Assembly: GCA_002811645.1 (NCBI GenBank)
Contig: PDIP01000039.1
Span: 47,061 to 111,060 of the forward strand
Length of the DNA stretch: 64,000 nt
DNA from: Corallochytrium limacisporum Hawaii
Taxonomy: Eukaryota > Protista > Pluriformea
Direction: 5' to 3'
The translations under genes were made by a program, and so were the position numbers. Below are positions 1 through 10,451 of the stretch, one piece after another. How positions within the stretch are numbered: position 1 is the stretch's first letter; the number at the start of each line of letters is the position of its first letter. Below the pieces are notes generated by a model. That model made no database searches. It had not been told where the DNA came from and worked only from the letters and a program-made list of their open reading frames with translations.

Positions 1-511
1 AATAGTCCTTTTTTGAGAGTAGCAGGGACTCTTCGTTTGAATCAGCTATTTAAATATTTGTGCATGATTGTTAAAAAGAGCAAAATATAATGAAATAGAA
101 TGGAATCAATATAAGTTATTATACAATCAAGATTAAAAAAGATCCTCGGGAGTCAAATTTTTCGGAGTTTTGACCCTAACATACCAGACAGAGGGTGGTA
201 CTGAATTGGCTGTTAGAGTGCGCATTCCGAGCGGCCTGCTTGCCGACCAACGGGAAGGGGGGGTGTCTCCACCAAAGGTTCATCCGGGGGTGGTGGCGTT
301 GGATTGGTCTGCGCACCGTTGGGCTCATCATTGGTGGTTTTGTCTGAGGTCTTTCGCTTCGCTGCAGCTTACGAAAGTTAATCATGTCTACGTGCTTGTA
401 GCCCTTGAATGGAAGAAGAAATTGATTTACAGGGCTATTAGAGACCTGATTGAGATCTGAGACCTTCCGGAATAATCCCTCCTCGGTAGCATCGAATATT
501 AGCTTAAAGAA

Positions 512-1345
512 ATGTTCAAGAAACGGAAAAGAGCAGGGACCGGTGGTCGTTCTCTGGTCTTAGACCACGAAGAAGATCCTGCCGCTGCAGTTGATGTTAC
601 GAAAGAGAAATCCGAAGTCAAGAAAGGCATCAATGCAGTCGACGGAGCCGTCAAAAAGGCAAAGCTTGAAGTAGAGACAGGATGTACTACCTCTTCACCT
701 GCTAAGGCGGAGCTCTCGGAGAAACAAAATTCAGTCGATTCTGCAGAAGAAGGATCAGATGAGAACGGAAAGGTTGTGAATGAAGATGACCATATGAAAG
801 AAATTTTGGCTGAAGAGAGGAAAAGGATTAAGGACACGGGACAGATCACGAATGAATATCGGGGACAAAGAGCGTACGTAACTTTCGGCAGTGAGGGTCC
901 CAAGACGGCCAAAAGGTCTGCACAACAAGAAAATAGTACTCTGCGAAGAATGGAATTTGTTGACCAACAGAAGATTATCTGCAAGGATTTCAAGGAGACG
1001 GGATTTTGCGGTTTTGGTGACACTTGCCAATTCTTGCACGATCGCACGGACCTTTCAAAGGGCATGAGCATTGATCGCAACTGGGATGTTACATCTAGAA
1101 CCAGAGCCAAGACTATCAGCGGTGAAATGGATGTTGCACCGTCTGTGTGTCCCTTGTGCCGTCGTTCATTCCTGCGACCCGTGGTGACCGCTTGTCAGCA
1201 TTATTTCTGTGAAGGATGCATTATAAAGCGTGCGACAGAATCTAGTAGGAATGCTGTCTGCCCGGTTTGCAAAAAATCTTTGAACCTAGTCTTCAATGAT
1301 GCTAGTAAAGTGATCAAAGCAGAGCATCAGCGAGATAAACCTTAA
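512..1345 (+). CDS. RNF113A: Cwc24/RNF113A spliceosomal CCCH zinc finger + RING protein
   Basis: CCCH motif CKDFKETGFCGFGDTCQFLHDR followed by RING CPLCRRSFLRPVVTACQHYFCEGC...CPVC; N-terminal MFKKRK typical of the family. Confidence 0.93.
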   Translation: MFKKRKRAGTGGRSLVLDHEEDPAAAVDVTKEKSEVKKGINAVDGAVKKAKLEVETGCTTSSPAKAELSEKQNSVDSAEEGSDENGKVVNEDDHMKEILAEERKRIKDTGQITNEYRGQRAYVTFGSEGPKTAKRSAQQENSTLRRMEFVDQQKIICKDFKETGFCGFGDTCQFLHDRTDLSKGMSIDRNWDVTSRTRAKTISGEMDVAPSVCPLCRRSFLRPVVTACQHYFCEGCIIKRATESSRNAVCPVCKKSLNLVFNDASKVIKAEHQRDKP

Positions 1346-1522
1346 GGCGATGTACAAGTAAACTAAAGTGTAAAGAAGAAACTGCAATATAGCATTAAAT
1401 AAAGAACGCATTTCAAACTCTGACTGTGATTATTGTATTGTGCATTTCTCCGTATGTCTGGCACAGACAATCTTGCAAGCTTGCCATATCAAGATATCTT
1501 GGGGCCTAATCACCAACGAATT

Positions 1523-2023
1523 TCACAGCGATTCTTTATGTTTGGCCAAGACCTGCTTCCTGAACTCGATCTGATCGGCCCACAGTCCAGCGGCCTGGTT
1601 GTTCAAAGGACTGTCATTGTTGGGATCACCCAACAGACTCTGGAGTGACATCAGAATGGTGCGTACGTCATAAAGAGCGCTCCATTTCTCTTTGAGAATG
1701 TCTAAGCAAATGTTTCCGTGCTGATCGACGTTGGGATGGAAGATTGGGGTCACGAACTTGACGGTAGGTGCTTTGTAAGGATATTCCTGAGTGAAAATAA
1801 TAGAGAGCTTGAATTTAAGTCCCTCATAAGCTGTCTCGGAGGCTCCTTCAATGGTTCCCGCCCATTTGAAGAGGTTGCCATCCTCAGGGAAAGCAGAGAT
1901 TCCCTTTTCACCGCAGGTCATCAATGTCATCAGTTCCTGCTGGAGTCGCTTTGTGACAGAGGTTCCTCCTGCCTTGTTTCCATTGGCTCTGGAAGGCGAC
2001 TGAGCAGTAGCTGCTGAAGACAT
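1523..2023 (-). CDS. UBE2C: Ubiquitin-conjugating enzyme E2 C (UbcH10-like)
   Basis: [14 protein letters not shown] and catalytic [30 protein letters not shown]; first ATG (MSSAATAQ) at 2023, the ORF-track start at 2068 is TTG. Confidence 0.93.
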   Translation of the reverse strand: MSSAATAQSPSRANGNKAGGTSVTKRLQQELMTLMTCGEKGISAFPEDGNLFKWAGTIEGASETAYEGLKFKLSIIFTQEYPYKAPTVKFVTPIFHPNVDQHGNICLDILKEKWSALYDVRTILMSLQSLLGDPNNDSPLNNQAAGLWADQIEFRKQVLAKHKESL

Positions 2024-3252
2024 CTTTAAATCCTCTCGAAATCTAAGACTAAAACTAGTAATGTACAAACTACGCTGCCTGGAGTTCCCCCTGTGGTCCG
2101 CTACTATTGCAGTGAATCGCAGACATATCGTCAGCGTTTACAGATACATACCCTCTGAAATAGTGCTCCAGCTCGACAATATCCAAATTTTGAATTGATG
2201 TTCGTCGGCAAGGTAGAGTAAAGCACTTCATGATCACATTCTGCTTCCTCTCGTGACAAGCTATTCACACAAATCCCAGTAGCACCCACCTTCACCGCTC
2301 AGCAGTAGCGCAGGACACTGTGGCCCGGTCCCCCTCCCACCCAAGAGGGCCCAACACCTACCGACGGGTCTCCACAGCTTGCGATGTTTCCCCTCGTTCC
2401 CTCGCTATTGGGTCTCCACTCAGCACAGCTCACACATTTCACTTGGTCTCTCTCATTATTAAAATTCAATAGCAAATATTTTGCGCGCGAAATAAATAAG
2501 GGATAGTGGGTAGGGTAAATAGAGCGGAGTTGGTTCGTGGAAAAGATTGGTCCGGTTGGATCCGTTCCTCGCTAGTTCTTTCGCAGCGAGGGGCAAAGGA
2601 GTCCGCTCCATTTCTACCGACCCGTCACCAACGGTAACAGATAGGCTTTTGATGGCGATTCTGGAACATCTGCACTCCTCGCTACTACTCGGGAACAGAA
2701 AGGCGTTACATAATTTCATGGGAACGGATTGGGCAAAGTGGGCTTTCACCGATCTGTGCGAACCTCCGTTACAATATCCGCTCTGTGGTGACAGTAAATA
2801 AACTGAATGACCTAATATACTAATTATACGAATTAAGTACATTAGCATCCCCTCCCTTAATTTAATATACTCATGAATTCCGTCCCTGAACTAATCGCCT
2901 GGTGCTTCGTTTTTTATTTTGCTCGTCAGTGAGTTTTCTTCTGTGGACTGGCCGTGTTGTGGCAGCTGTACGTGACACAGCAGCCCCACGGGGCGTCCCG
3001 GTTGGGAGTGATCCAAAGTCCTCCACGTAGCAGTAGGTTTGGAATTAGAAACCCCACAGCAAGGACACATAGTTCGCCAAAAACAATTTGATGATGGTAC
3101 TACTTAAGCGACGCACTGTATCAGGATACCAGGCAATCATACTTTGTTGTACAGCTATAGCAAGTTTATGTTAATTGGAGCGGAATGTGTTGAAAATGCG
3201 GGCCACGTAGTTTGATTGCCATTGGGTTGAGGACTAGATAGCAATAAACACC

Positions 3253-5163
3253 ATGGAAAGATCGCCGAGTGGTAACCGACTGTTCCCAAATGGGGCTGGG
3301 GATAGTGGCGAACATACTGAAGGCATTCGTGAGAAGCAGAAACAGGCAGTCTTGCGGATGTTGAACTTGCACAAACCTATCAAGCACGGACAAGAACCTG
3401 TTTGGAAAGTACTCATTTTCGACCGTCAGGGACAGGATATTATTTCGCCATTGATCAAGGTGGGACAATTGCGTGAAATGGGAGTAACCCTGTATCTGCT
3501 GATTCATGGTGACCGGGAGCCAATCCCAGACGTACCTGCCGTATACTTCGTGCTACCCACTCACGAGAATCTACGTCGTATTGAGCAGGACATGAAGCAA
3601 AACATGTATGAAGCATACCATCTCAATTTCATTTCAAATTGTCCAAGAGCACAGCTAGAAGATCTTGCCAATTCTGCTGTAGAGGCGGACTCAGTGGCGC
3701 AGATTGCTGTTGTGTACGATCAGTACATCAATTTCTTGAGCTTGGAAGAAGACCTCTTTGTGCTTCGCCAGCAGCAACGGGAAGCCATCTCATACTATGC
3801 ACTGAACAACCCCGCTGCTAGTGACACGGATATTGTTTCGGGTATTGAACAGATCGTAGACTCCCTTTTTTCAGTGCTGGTCACAAGTGGCACCATCCCA
3901 ATCATTCGATGCCCCAAGGGAAGTGCAGCAGGCGATGTCGGTGAACGCCTATGCAAGAGACTGCATGATCACTTAAAGAACACCCGCGCAAATCTTTTTG
4001 CTGAAGCCATGTCAAGCATGGGAAACATTCAGAGGCCAGTTATGATCATTACCGATCGCGAAATGGACCTGGCGACCATGTTGCATCACACGTGGACATA
4101 TCAAGCGCTGGTCCATGATGTGCTTGATCTGAATTTGAACCGAGTTAATGTGGGAATCAAGATCGAGAATAATGTGACAAAGAAGAGTTACGACCTGGAC
4201 TCTGCATCAGATCCCTTCTGGAACAACAATAAGGGCAAACCGTTCCCGGAAGTGGCTGGGGAGATTGAGAGCGAGCTTAACGAGTACAAAAGCAAATCTG
4301 CACATATTACTGCTTTGAGCGGAGCCATGGGGAACCTCGACGATGCAGATGGCGGCTTTAGCAGTACACAGCAACTGACAAATGCCATCAGTGATCTGCC
4401 GCAGCTGACAGAATGGAAACGAAGAATTGACATGCACACAAATATCCTCTCAGCTCTGATCGAGTGCATCAAGGACCGGACCCTTGACACCTATTTTGAA
4501 TCGGAAGAAAAGCTGCTTGGCGGTGCAACCAACGTGCCCTTGGAATTTTTCGATGGCGGTACGCCGGAGGACCATGTACGTCTTTTGTGCATCTACTACA
4601 TCATGATGCAAGGGAATGTGGATCAGGCTGCCGTAGACCGATACATTGAACGTCTTCAGGATTCGGGCGCGGATCTTGCACCGTTCGAGTATTTGAAACA
4701 GATGCAGGAGATCAAGCGTATGACAGCTATGCCGTTGACAGATTCTCAGAATGTAGGAGGCGATGGAAGCAGTAGCTACTTCAGTAAGTTTACTTCGAAG
4801 CTAGTGGACCAAGGCAGTACCTTCCTCCAGAAGGGTGTGAAGAACATTTTGATGCCCGAGAAGGACCTGCCGTTGACCCGTCTGACGTCTGCAGTTATGA
4901 ACGGATCTCAGTCGATGAAGCAAGCAAATGACCTGCAGTACCTTGACCCCAGGGCACAGAATCCTGCTCAGGCGCACCGTGCCCGTAGCGCCCACAAGTC
5001 TGCAATGGTCTTTGTTGTGGGAAGTGGCAATTACGTGGAGTATCAGAATCTCATGAACTGGGCAAAGCATAATGAGCGTGATATTCGGTACGGCACCACT
5101 GAACTCCTGAACGCAAATCAGTTCATGAAGCAACTTGGTGCTCTCGGTCGACAGATTCAGTGA
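3253..5163 (+). CDS. SLY1: Sec1/Munc18-family protein Sly1 (SCFD1)
   Basis: WKVLIFDRQGQDIISPL, LREMGVTLYL, DREPIPDVPAVYFV, HHTWTYQALVHDVL, VFVVGSGNYVEYQNL motifs; 636 aa. Confidence 0.95.
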   Translation: MERSPSGNRLFPNGAGDSGEHTEGIREKQKQAVLRMLNLHKPIKHGQEPVWKVLIFDRQGQDIISPLIKVGQLREMGVTLYLLIHGDREPIPDVPAVYFVLPTHENLRRIEQDMKQNMYEAYHLNFISNCPRAQLEDLANSAVEADSVAQIAVVYDQYINFLSLEEDLFVLRQQQREAISYYALNNPAASDTDIVSGIEQIVDSLFSVLVTSGTIPIIRCPKGSAAGDVGERLCKRLHDHLKNTRANLFAEAMSSMGNIQRPVMIITDREMDLATMLHHTWTYQALVHDVLDLNLNRVNVGIKIENNVTKKSYDLDSASDPFWNNNKGKPFPEVAGEIESELNEYKSKSAHITALSGAMGNLDDADGGFSSTQQLTNAISDLPQLTEWKRRIDMHTNILSALIECIKDRTLDTYFESEEKLLGGATNVPLEFFDGGTPEDHVRLLCIYYIMMQGNVDQAAVDRYIERLQDSGADLAPFEYLKQMQEIKRMTAMPLTDSQNVGGDGSSSYFSKFTSKLVDQGSTFLQKGVKNILMPEKDLPLTRLTSAVMNGSQSMKQANDLQYLDPRAQNPAQAHRARSAHKSAMVFVVGSGNYVEYQNLMNWAKHNERDIRYGTTELLNANQFMKQLGALGRQIQ

Positions 5164-5535
5164 ACGAAAAGGTGATGAATAGAAAAGAATTGCATTTAGA
5201 ACTAGATCCGTGACTCTCTCTGTGTATACCTGTCTTTTTCATAGAATATCAGTCGCCAACCCTTCCCGCCCCTATTTGGTGGGCGGAGTTCCTAATGGTT
5301 TATACCGGCAAAGGGCGGGAGATGCTTTGCAGTGCACTGGAACCACGCTACCGGCAGGTATTCAGCTGGGAAAAGCCACAACACTGATCTCGACCCACAG
5401 AGACTCTGAGAACACACCTTTTAAAGAAATGAGCAAGGGAATCCATGAGCTTGATATGAAAAGCAAATTCGAAATACTTAAAACCATTGGTGGAATCTGA
5501 GTGACAGCGAAGTTATCTGCGTCTGACGATTCACT

Positions 5536-6171
5536 ATGGAGAACATTTCAGCCTTTAATCAACAACAGCGGAACCAAGAGACCTCGCAGAGTAGCAGCTG
5601 GATTAGTATGGACTTCTTGGAACGTGGACAGTCAAGTTCGGGAACTACTGGAGACGTCACTCAAGATGACAGCTGGTGGGGCAAACTTGCAGGAACTGCG
5701 CCGCCCCCACAGGAGCAGAGCTTTCTGGATCGCCAATGTCTTTCGCTCTCACGATTCCAGCGCTTAGTTGCCTGTGTGGCCTTCCTTATCTTTAGTGCAA
5801 CGAGTTTTGGTGCTGCATTAGTAATGCTGCCTACAATGGTGTTGGCACCGCGCAAGTTTGTTCTGCTCTTCACGTTCGGTAGCTTGTTCGCAATGTGCTC
5901 CTTTGCTTTCTTGTACGGACCAACAGCATATATTAAGCATCTGATGGAAAAAGACAAACTTCCTTTTACGATCGCCTTCATTGTATCTTTAGTGGCAACC
6001 TTGTACTTTGCAATGGGCATGCAGAGCACTATCCTGACGCTCATATCCTCCGTTGTCGAGATCGGATCACTGACATTTTTTGTCATGAGCTATCTCCCTG
6101 GTGGCACAGCAGGTGCAAGGGCAATGTTCGGAACCGTTTTAGGCGCTCTCAAGCGCATGATGTTTGGCTGA
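5536..6171 (+). CDS. SFT2: Vesicle transport protein SFT2 (Got1/Sft2 family)
   Basis: LSRFQRL, four hydrophobic helices, PRKFVLLFTFGS, SYLPGG near the C-terminus. Confidence 0.9.
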   Translation: MENISAFNQQQRNQETSQSSSWISMDFLERGQSSSGTTGDVTQDDSWWGKLAGTAPPPQEQSFLDRQCLSLSRFQRLVACVAFLIFSATSFGAALVMLPTMVLAPRKFVLLFTFGSLFAMCSFAFLYGPTAYIKHLMEKDKLPFTIAFIVSLVATLYFAMGMQSTILTLISSVVEIGSLTFFVMSYLPGGTAGARAMFGTVLGALKRMMFG

Positions 6172-6289
6172 AGAGGAGAAATAGATTCATTGGCATTAAA
6201 GAAACTACACACTTTATGATGTAAACATATACAGATCTCGCTATGGCTATGGGAGACCATTGAAATGATTAATTTCCACGACTAACCCT

Positions 6290-6751
6290 CTACTGCGCAG
6301 GTTGTTGCTGCTGTTGTTGTTGCATTGCCGCTGCTTTTTCCTGCAAGACCTGGTTAACAACAGTGATCTGCTCACCCTTTTGGTTGATAGTCTTTGCGAT
6401 CATTTCAATTTGCTGCTTTAGGTAGTCTAAACGACGGGTGTAGAATTCTGTGGCGTCTGACAAAGACTTTTCAAGGTAATAGCCAGTTCCCAGTTCGACC
6501 GTGACCTTGCTTGTATCCTTTATCTTGCCATTGATGTAGATCGAGCTTGTGAGGGGTATTAAGCTCTCCGAACCATTTGGTTTGTCCTTGATAAAATTGA
6601 TACTTTGCTTCGCGTGCTGCAGCCGAGCAGCAATGGATTGAAGCTGGCCCTCCGACTGCTGCAGATACTGCAGTTCTTGATCAAACTGCTGGCGCAGCTG
6701 CTGTAGCTGCGGAATCGCAAGCTGCATAAGATCTACTCCCTTGCCAGCCAT
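6290..6751 (-). CDS. PFDN5: Prefoldin subunit 5 (alpha-type)
   Basis: LIPLTSSIYINGKI...VTVELGTGYYLEK hairpin between coiled coils; 153 aa. Confidence 0.93.
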   Translation of the reverse strand: MAGKGVDLMQLAIPQLQQLRQQFDQELQYLQQSEGQLQSIAARLQHAKQSINFIKDKPNGSESLIPLTSSIYINGKIKDTSKVTVELGTGYYLEKSLSDATEFYTRRLDYLKQQIEMIAKTINQKGEQITVVNQVLQEKAAAMQQQQQQQPAQ

Positions 6752-7998
6752 ACTGAATGTGCCGTGTGTTCAGTGTGTTCGGACTAAATCACTATCCTTT
6801 TCTGACGGTTCTGAACGCTCTGCATGACACAACTTCAAGTAGGTTTCCGTATCATCGTTTGCCTCTAGTCGTCCCGTTGTCACAATCTCAGTCCGGTGAA
6901 ACAGAGCAGAAAGTGTGGAACTGCACCGTAATGGCAGCGGATAGCTAATGGCGACCATGGTTCCGCGTCGCCAGTCCATGATTGCCCTCTTCTCCTGGCC
7001 TACCGTTGTGCAGGAATACAATTGGGTGGCCGCGCGCCACTCTGACCAGACAACACGCTGCGCTTCCTCAACCTAGTGCGGAAGGAGGGGAACCGTTTGG
7101 CTGGCTTTTTTGGTTTTCTCGGCCTCGAAGAGAAAACGACTGGAACGCTATACCAGCCTGAATAACACTGATGCCCCTATTTAAGTTAATTCAAAATAAT
7201 GATAATCCTTTATTTTTCCCCTTTTTCTTTGTGCTTCCCCTTTTGTTCCTGGTCGAGCCTCTGAGGAGTTTGCTGCGATGGCGAATTGCTTTTCCCTGGA
7301 CGCCCGCCTTGGCGGGAAATGGGTGTGAGGCCGCGGTTTGGCAAGGGAACGGGTGCGGGTGCGATCCCCAATTTGGACCCCTTTTCTACTTTTTTTTTTC
7401 CCCTTCTTTACCTGTTCTTTTTCTGGGTGATAGTTGTTGGGTGCAATTTTTGGCTTTGTGCTCTGTCTTGAGAATCTGTTGTGCTGCCAAGAGGCGTGCT
7501 GTTGTTCAGCCTGCCAGCCCGCCAGCCTGTGTGTGCTCCCAGCCACGGCCCGCTCTCTAGGCAGCCAAATCGAAATGAGGAACCACCGCCGGGGGGGGGG
7601 GAATTTGTGAAAGAAGGCGGGGAGCAAATCCATAGGAAACGAAAGGGGCTTCTTCCGGCTTGGCTCTTGCGTTTGCGGTGTGTGCGTGACGAAAGACAAG
7701 CGGGCACGGACCGCATCGATTCCTAGTCATCCGTTTCACACACACACACCATCTAACCGCGTAGGGAGGACCGGTTGGCACAGAGATCTAAGAGCAGGAG
7801 ACAGACACCAGAAGCACCCCTTGGCACTAGCACGCAGCCCTGTGCTGCTGCTGCGGCTAACGGCTGCACAGCTTCAACATGATTTGATTTAGAGAACAAT
7901 GAGCGTAAGCTACTTGAGGAAAGCTGCTGCTGTGATTCACAATCTTTGGTGTGTACACTTAGTACGAGAACCTAAAGAACGAACGATTAAATACAAAG

Positions 7999-8373
7999 AT
8001 GGTTGACAGGAAAGACAATGGTCCCAAAGATGTGGACGTCAAGAAGATGCTCGGCCCCCTTGCTGGCCAGCTCACCCTGGGTGTCGTTGCAGGATACTGC
8101 TCTGGCTACGCTCTGAAGACAATTGGAAAGGGTCTTGCCCTGATCTTTGGCATTTCCTTTATCAGTCTGCAACTTGCCCAGTATAAGGGGTACATCAAGG
8201 TCGAATGGAGCAAGATTAACGACAAGCTCAATCGCGAGCTGGACCGCACTGGTGATGGTCGCTTTGATCAGGATGACCTCAAGTACTACATCAAGCGTGG
8301 TCTGGAGATCCTTCAGTACAACTTGCCTGGCGGCAGCGGATTCGTTGCTGGTCTCATGTATGGAATGAGCTAG
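7999..8373 (+). CDS. FUN14-domain mitochondrial outer membrane protein (FUNDC-like)
   Basis: QLTLGVVAGYCSGYALK, LQLAQYKGYIKVEW, GFVAGLMYG motifs of the FUN14 family. Confidence 0.88.
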   Translation: MVDRKDNGPKDVDVKKMLGPLAGQLTLGVVAGYCSGYALKTIGKGLALIFGISFISLQLAQYKGYIKVEWSKINDKLNRELDRTGDGRFDQDDLKYYIKRGLEILQYNLPGGSGFVAGLMYGMS

Positions 8374-8585
8374 ACGGAACGACCGCATAGTGAATCGCAG
8401 GTAGCTTAAGGATGACCGAGGTCAGAATAAAGTTGTATCCAACAAAGCATCCATATCCAAATACATGCTTATCTCAAGCAATGAGTCATTCAAATATCAA
8501 CGGAATAAACTCGGTTCTACTGGTTGATTATATTCAATGCATATCGCGTACATGTGTGGGATTGTAAATACATCTAAGCAGCCTG

Positions 8586-10451
8586 TCACACGTTGTCATC
8601 GTTGGCGTTTAGGGTCCTATTGGATCCAAACTGCACATGGACACCGCTGAGCCTGGCGTTCAAATTCGTCCGGAATGTCTTCACCTTCCTCTCAATGTCA
8701 TCCATATCAAGAACGCCATCCCCTGTCTCATCGAGCTGTCTGAACTGATTTCGGATCAGCCAGAGATCGTTCTCGCTGCAGCGACCAAGTTTCAGAAGTA
8801 GTCGAATTGTAAACTCGTATTCTGTGATGTGGCCATCACCATCAACATCGAGACTCTTAATGTACTCCGGGCTGAGCTCGGCAAAGAGGACTTGCTTCTC
8901 GAGCTTGGCCTGCTTGTATCCCAGCCAGGCGTCAGCGATGCTACCTAAGGCATTAGCAGTAATAACAACACCGAAAATGATGAAGAAGACGGTGTAGAGC
9001 TTGGATCCATCTGTTGTTGGGGAGAAGTCACCATAGCCAACTGTCGTGCAAGTCACTACGCCAAAGTAGATGGCGTCCAAGTAGTCCCAGTCCTCCCAGA
9101 TGAGGAGGAATGTACTGAATATAAGAATATAAATGATAAAGATCACGATAGCCTTAAGTGCTTGCCACACGTAGGAACTGATGCGCGGCATGTTCTCCGC
9201 GATCCGCGCCTGCATCATTTCTGCATTTTGAGTACTGTTCGCCGTCACACGGAGCCGGTCTCCAAGGCCCTCTTCCCCCTCGTCCTGATCAGTCCGCTCA
9301 TGGCCGACTGCTGATTCGGCCTTGTGAATGGCCTTCTTGAACGCTTCTGCCTGCTTGTTCAACAGGAACTCGGACAGCTCACCAAGACACAAACCAGCAA
9401 GACCGATGCCGCAGAAAATGTAAATCATGGTGATAATACGAGTACTGGGTGTGTCCGGACTGATATCACCGTATCCAACAGTGGTAATTGTGACAATGCT
9501 GAAGTAAATGGAATCAATAACGGTGAGATCCTGGATAACGCCGTACAGAATTGCGCTCAATATGATAAATACTAAGAAGATGCCCAGCGCAATGATAAGG
9601 AATCGCAAGTCCCTGACGTTGACCTCCAGAGGAGTCTCGTCCCGCTCGACGTCCTGCATATCAATGCCCTCGAGGATAGTGAAGGTGATTGTGTGGCTGG
9701 CGACGCTGGAACTTGATTCATTTCTTGTTACCTCCACTGTTCCATACACGTACCCGGCATAGTCACCTTTCTTGTTCTTGAGCTCGAACTTCTTCGGCGT
9801 AATTCCTTGCCCGGCCAATTCAAGAACTTCCTGTACATGAAGATGAGATTTTCCCACAAGATCATCTGTGCTAAAGGCATCCTGGTCATATACAGCAATC
9901 ATGAACCTGTCAGTTGCCGCGTTTCCCTTTTGCGGGTCCTTTGGTGGGTATACAAAGGTCAACACGTTGTGGTCCGCCCGAGTGAAGATCACGTTCGACC
10001 CGCCATTGCTAATGTGTTTTGTGCGATGAGAAACCCCGTACGGTTTCAACTTGATATAAACGTAAGGGTCCATGTAGTTGTACAGTAGACTCTTAGCGTG
10101 GTGGTCATCCATCTTGACCCCGGCCTGCTCAGCTGTGGCCTCCTCTGCCAGTTCAGGATGGCTACCGTACCATTCTTCTGTGGACTTTTTAGTTGCGGTC
10201 ATATCAGTCCATGCCTTGGGATTGAACCACTTTAGATCGCTTGTGGCGTCACCGACACCTAAAGAAACAGTGGAGGCCCTTTTCTGCTTTTCCTTCGACT
10301 CCATGTCCGGGAGGCTGTCACTGACCAGCGTAGTACGATTTCCATTGCCGGTGGCGGTAGTACTTGTGCGAGCAGACGACGACTCGACCGTCGGGCTGGT
10401 GGCCGCCGGCGAAATGGTGACCGGCAATTTGTCCTTGCTTGCGTCCGACAT
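8586..10451 (-). CDS. Two-pore-domain (4TM/2P) potassium channel, TPK-like, with N-terminal C2 domain and C-terminal EF-hands
   Basis: Two TTVGYGD selectivity filters each flanked by TM helices; C2 motifs DPYVYIKL and VYDQDAFSTDDLVG; EF loops DVDGDGHITEYE and DETGDGVLDMDD. Confidence 0.9.
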   Translation of the reverse strand: MSDASKDKLPVTISPAATSPTVESSSARTSTTATGNGNRTTLVSDSLPDMESKEKQKRASTVSLGVGDATSDLKWFNPKAWTDMTATKKSTEEWYGSHPELAEEATAEQAGVKMDDHHAKSLLYNYMDPYVYIKLKPYGVSHRTKHISNGGSNVIFTRADHNVLTFVYPPKDPQKGNAATDRFMIAVYDQDAFSTDDLVGKSHLHVQEVLELAGQGITPKKFELKNKKGDYAGYVYGTVEVTRNESSSSVASHTITFTILEGIDMQDVERDETPLEVNVRDLRFLIIALGIFLVFIILSAILYGVIQDLTVIDSIYFSIVTITTVGYGDISPDTPSTRIITMIYIFCGIGLAGLCLGELSEFLLNKQAEAFKKAIHKAESAVGHERTDQDEGEEGLGDRLRVTANSTQNAEMMQARIAENMPRISSYVWQALKAIVIFIIYILIFSTFLLIWEDWDYLDAIYFGVVTCTTVGYGDFSPTTDGSKLYTVFFIIFGVVITANALGSIADAWLGYKQAKLEKQVLFAELSPEYIKSLDVDGDGHITEYEFTIRLLLKLGRCSENDLWLIRNQFRQLDETGDGVLDMDDIERKVKTFRTNLNARLSGVHVQFGSNRTLNANDDNV

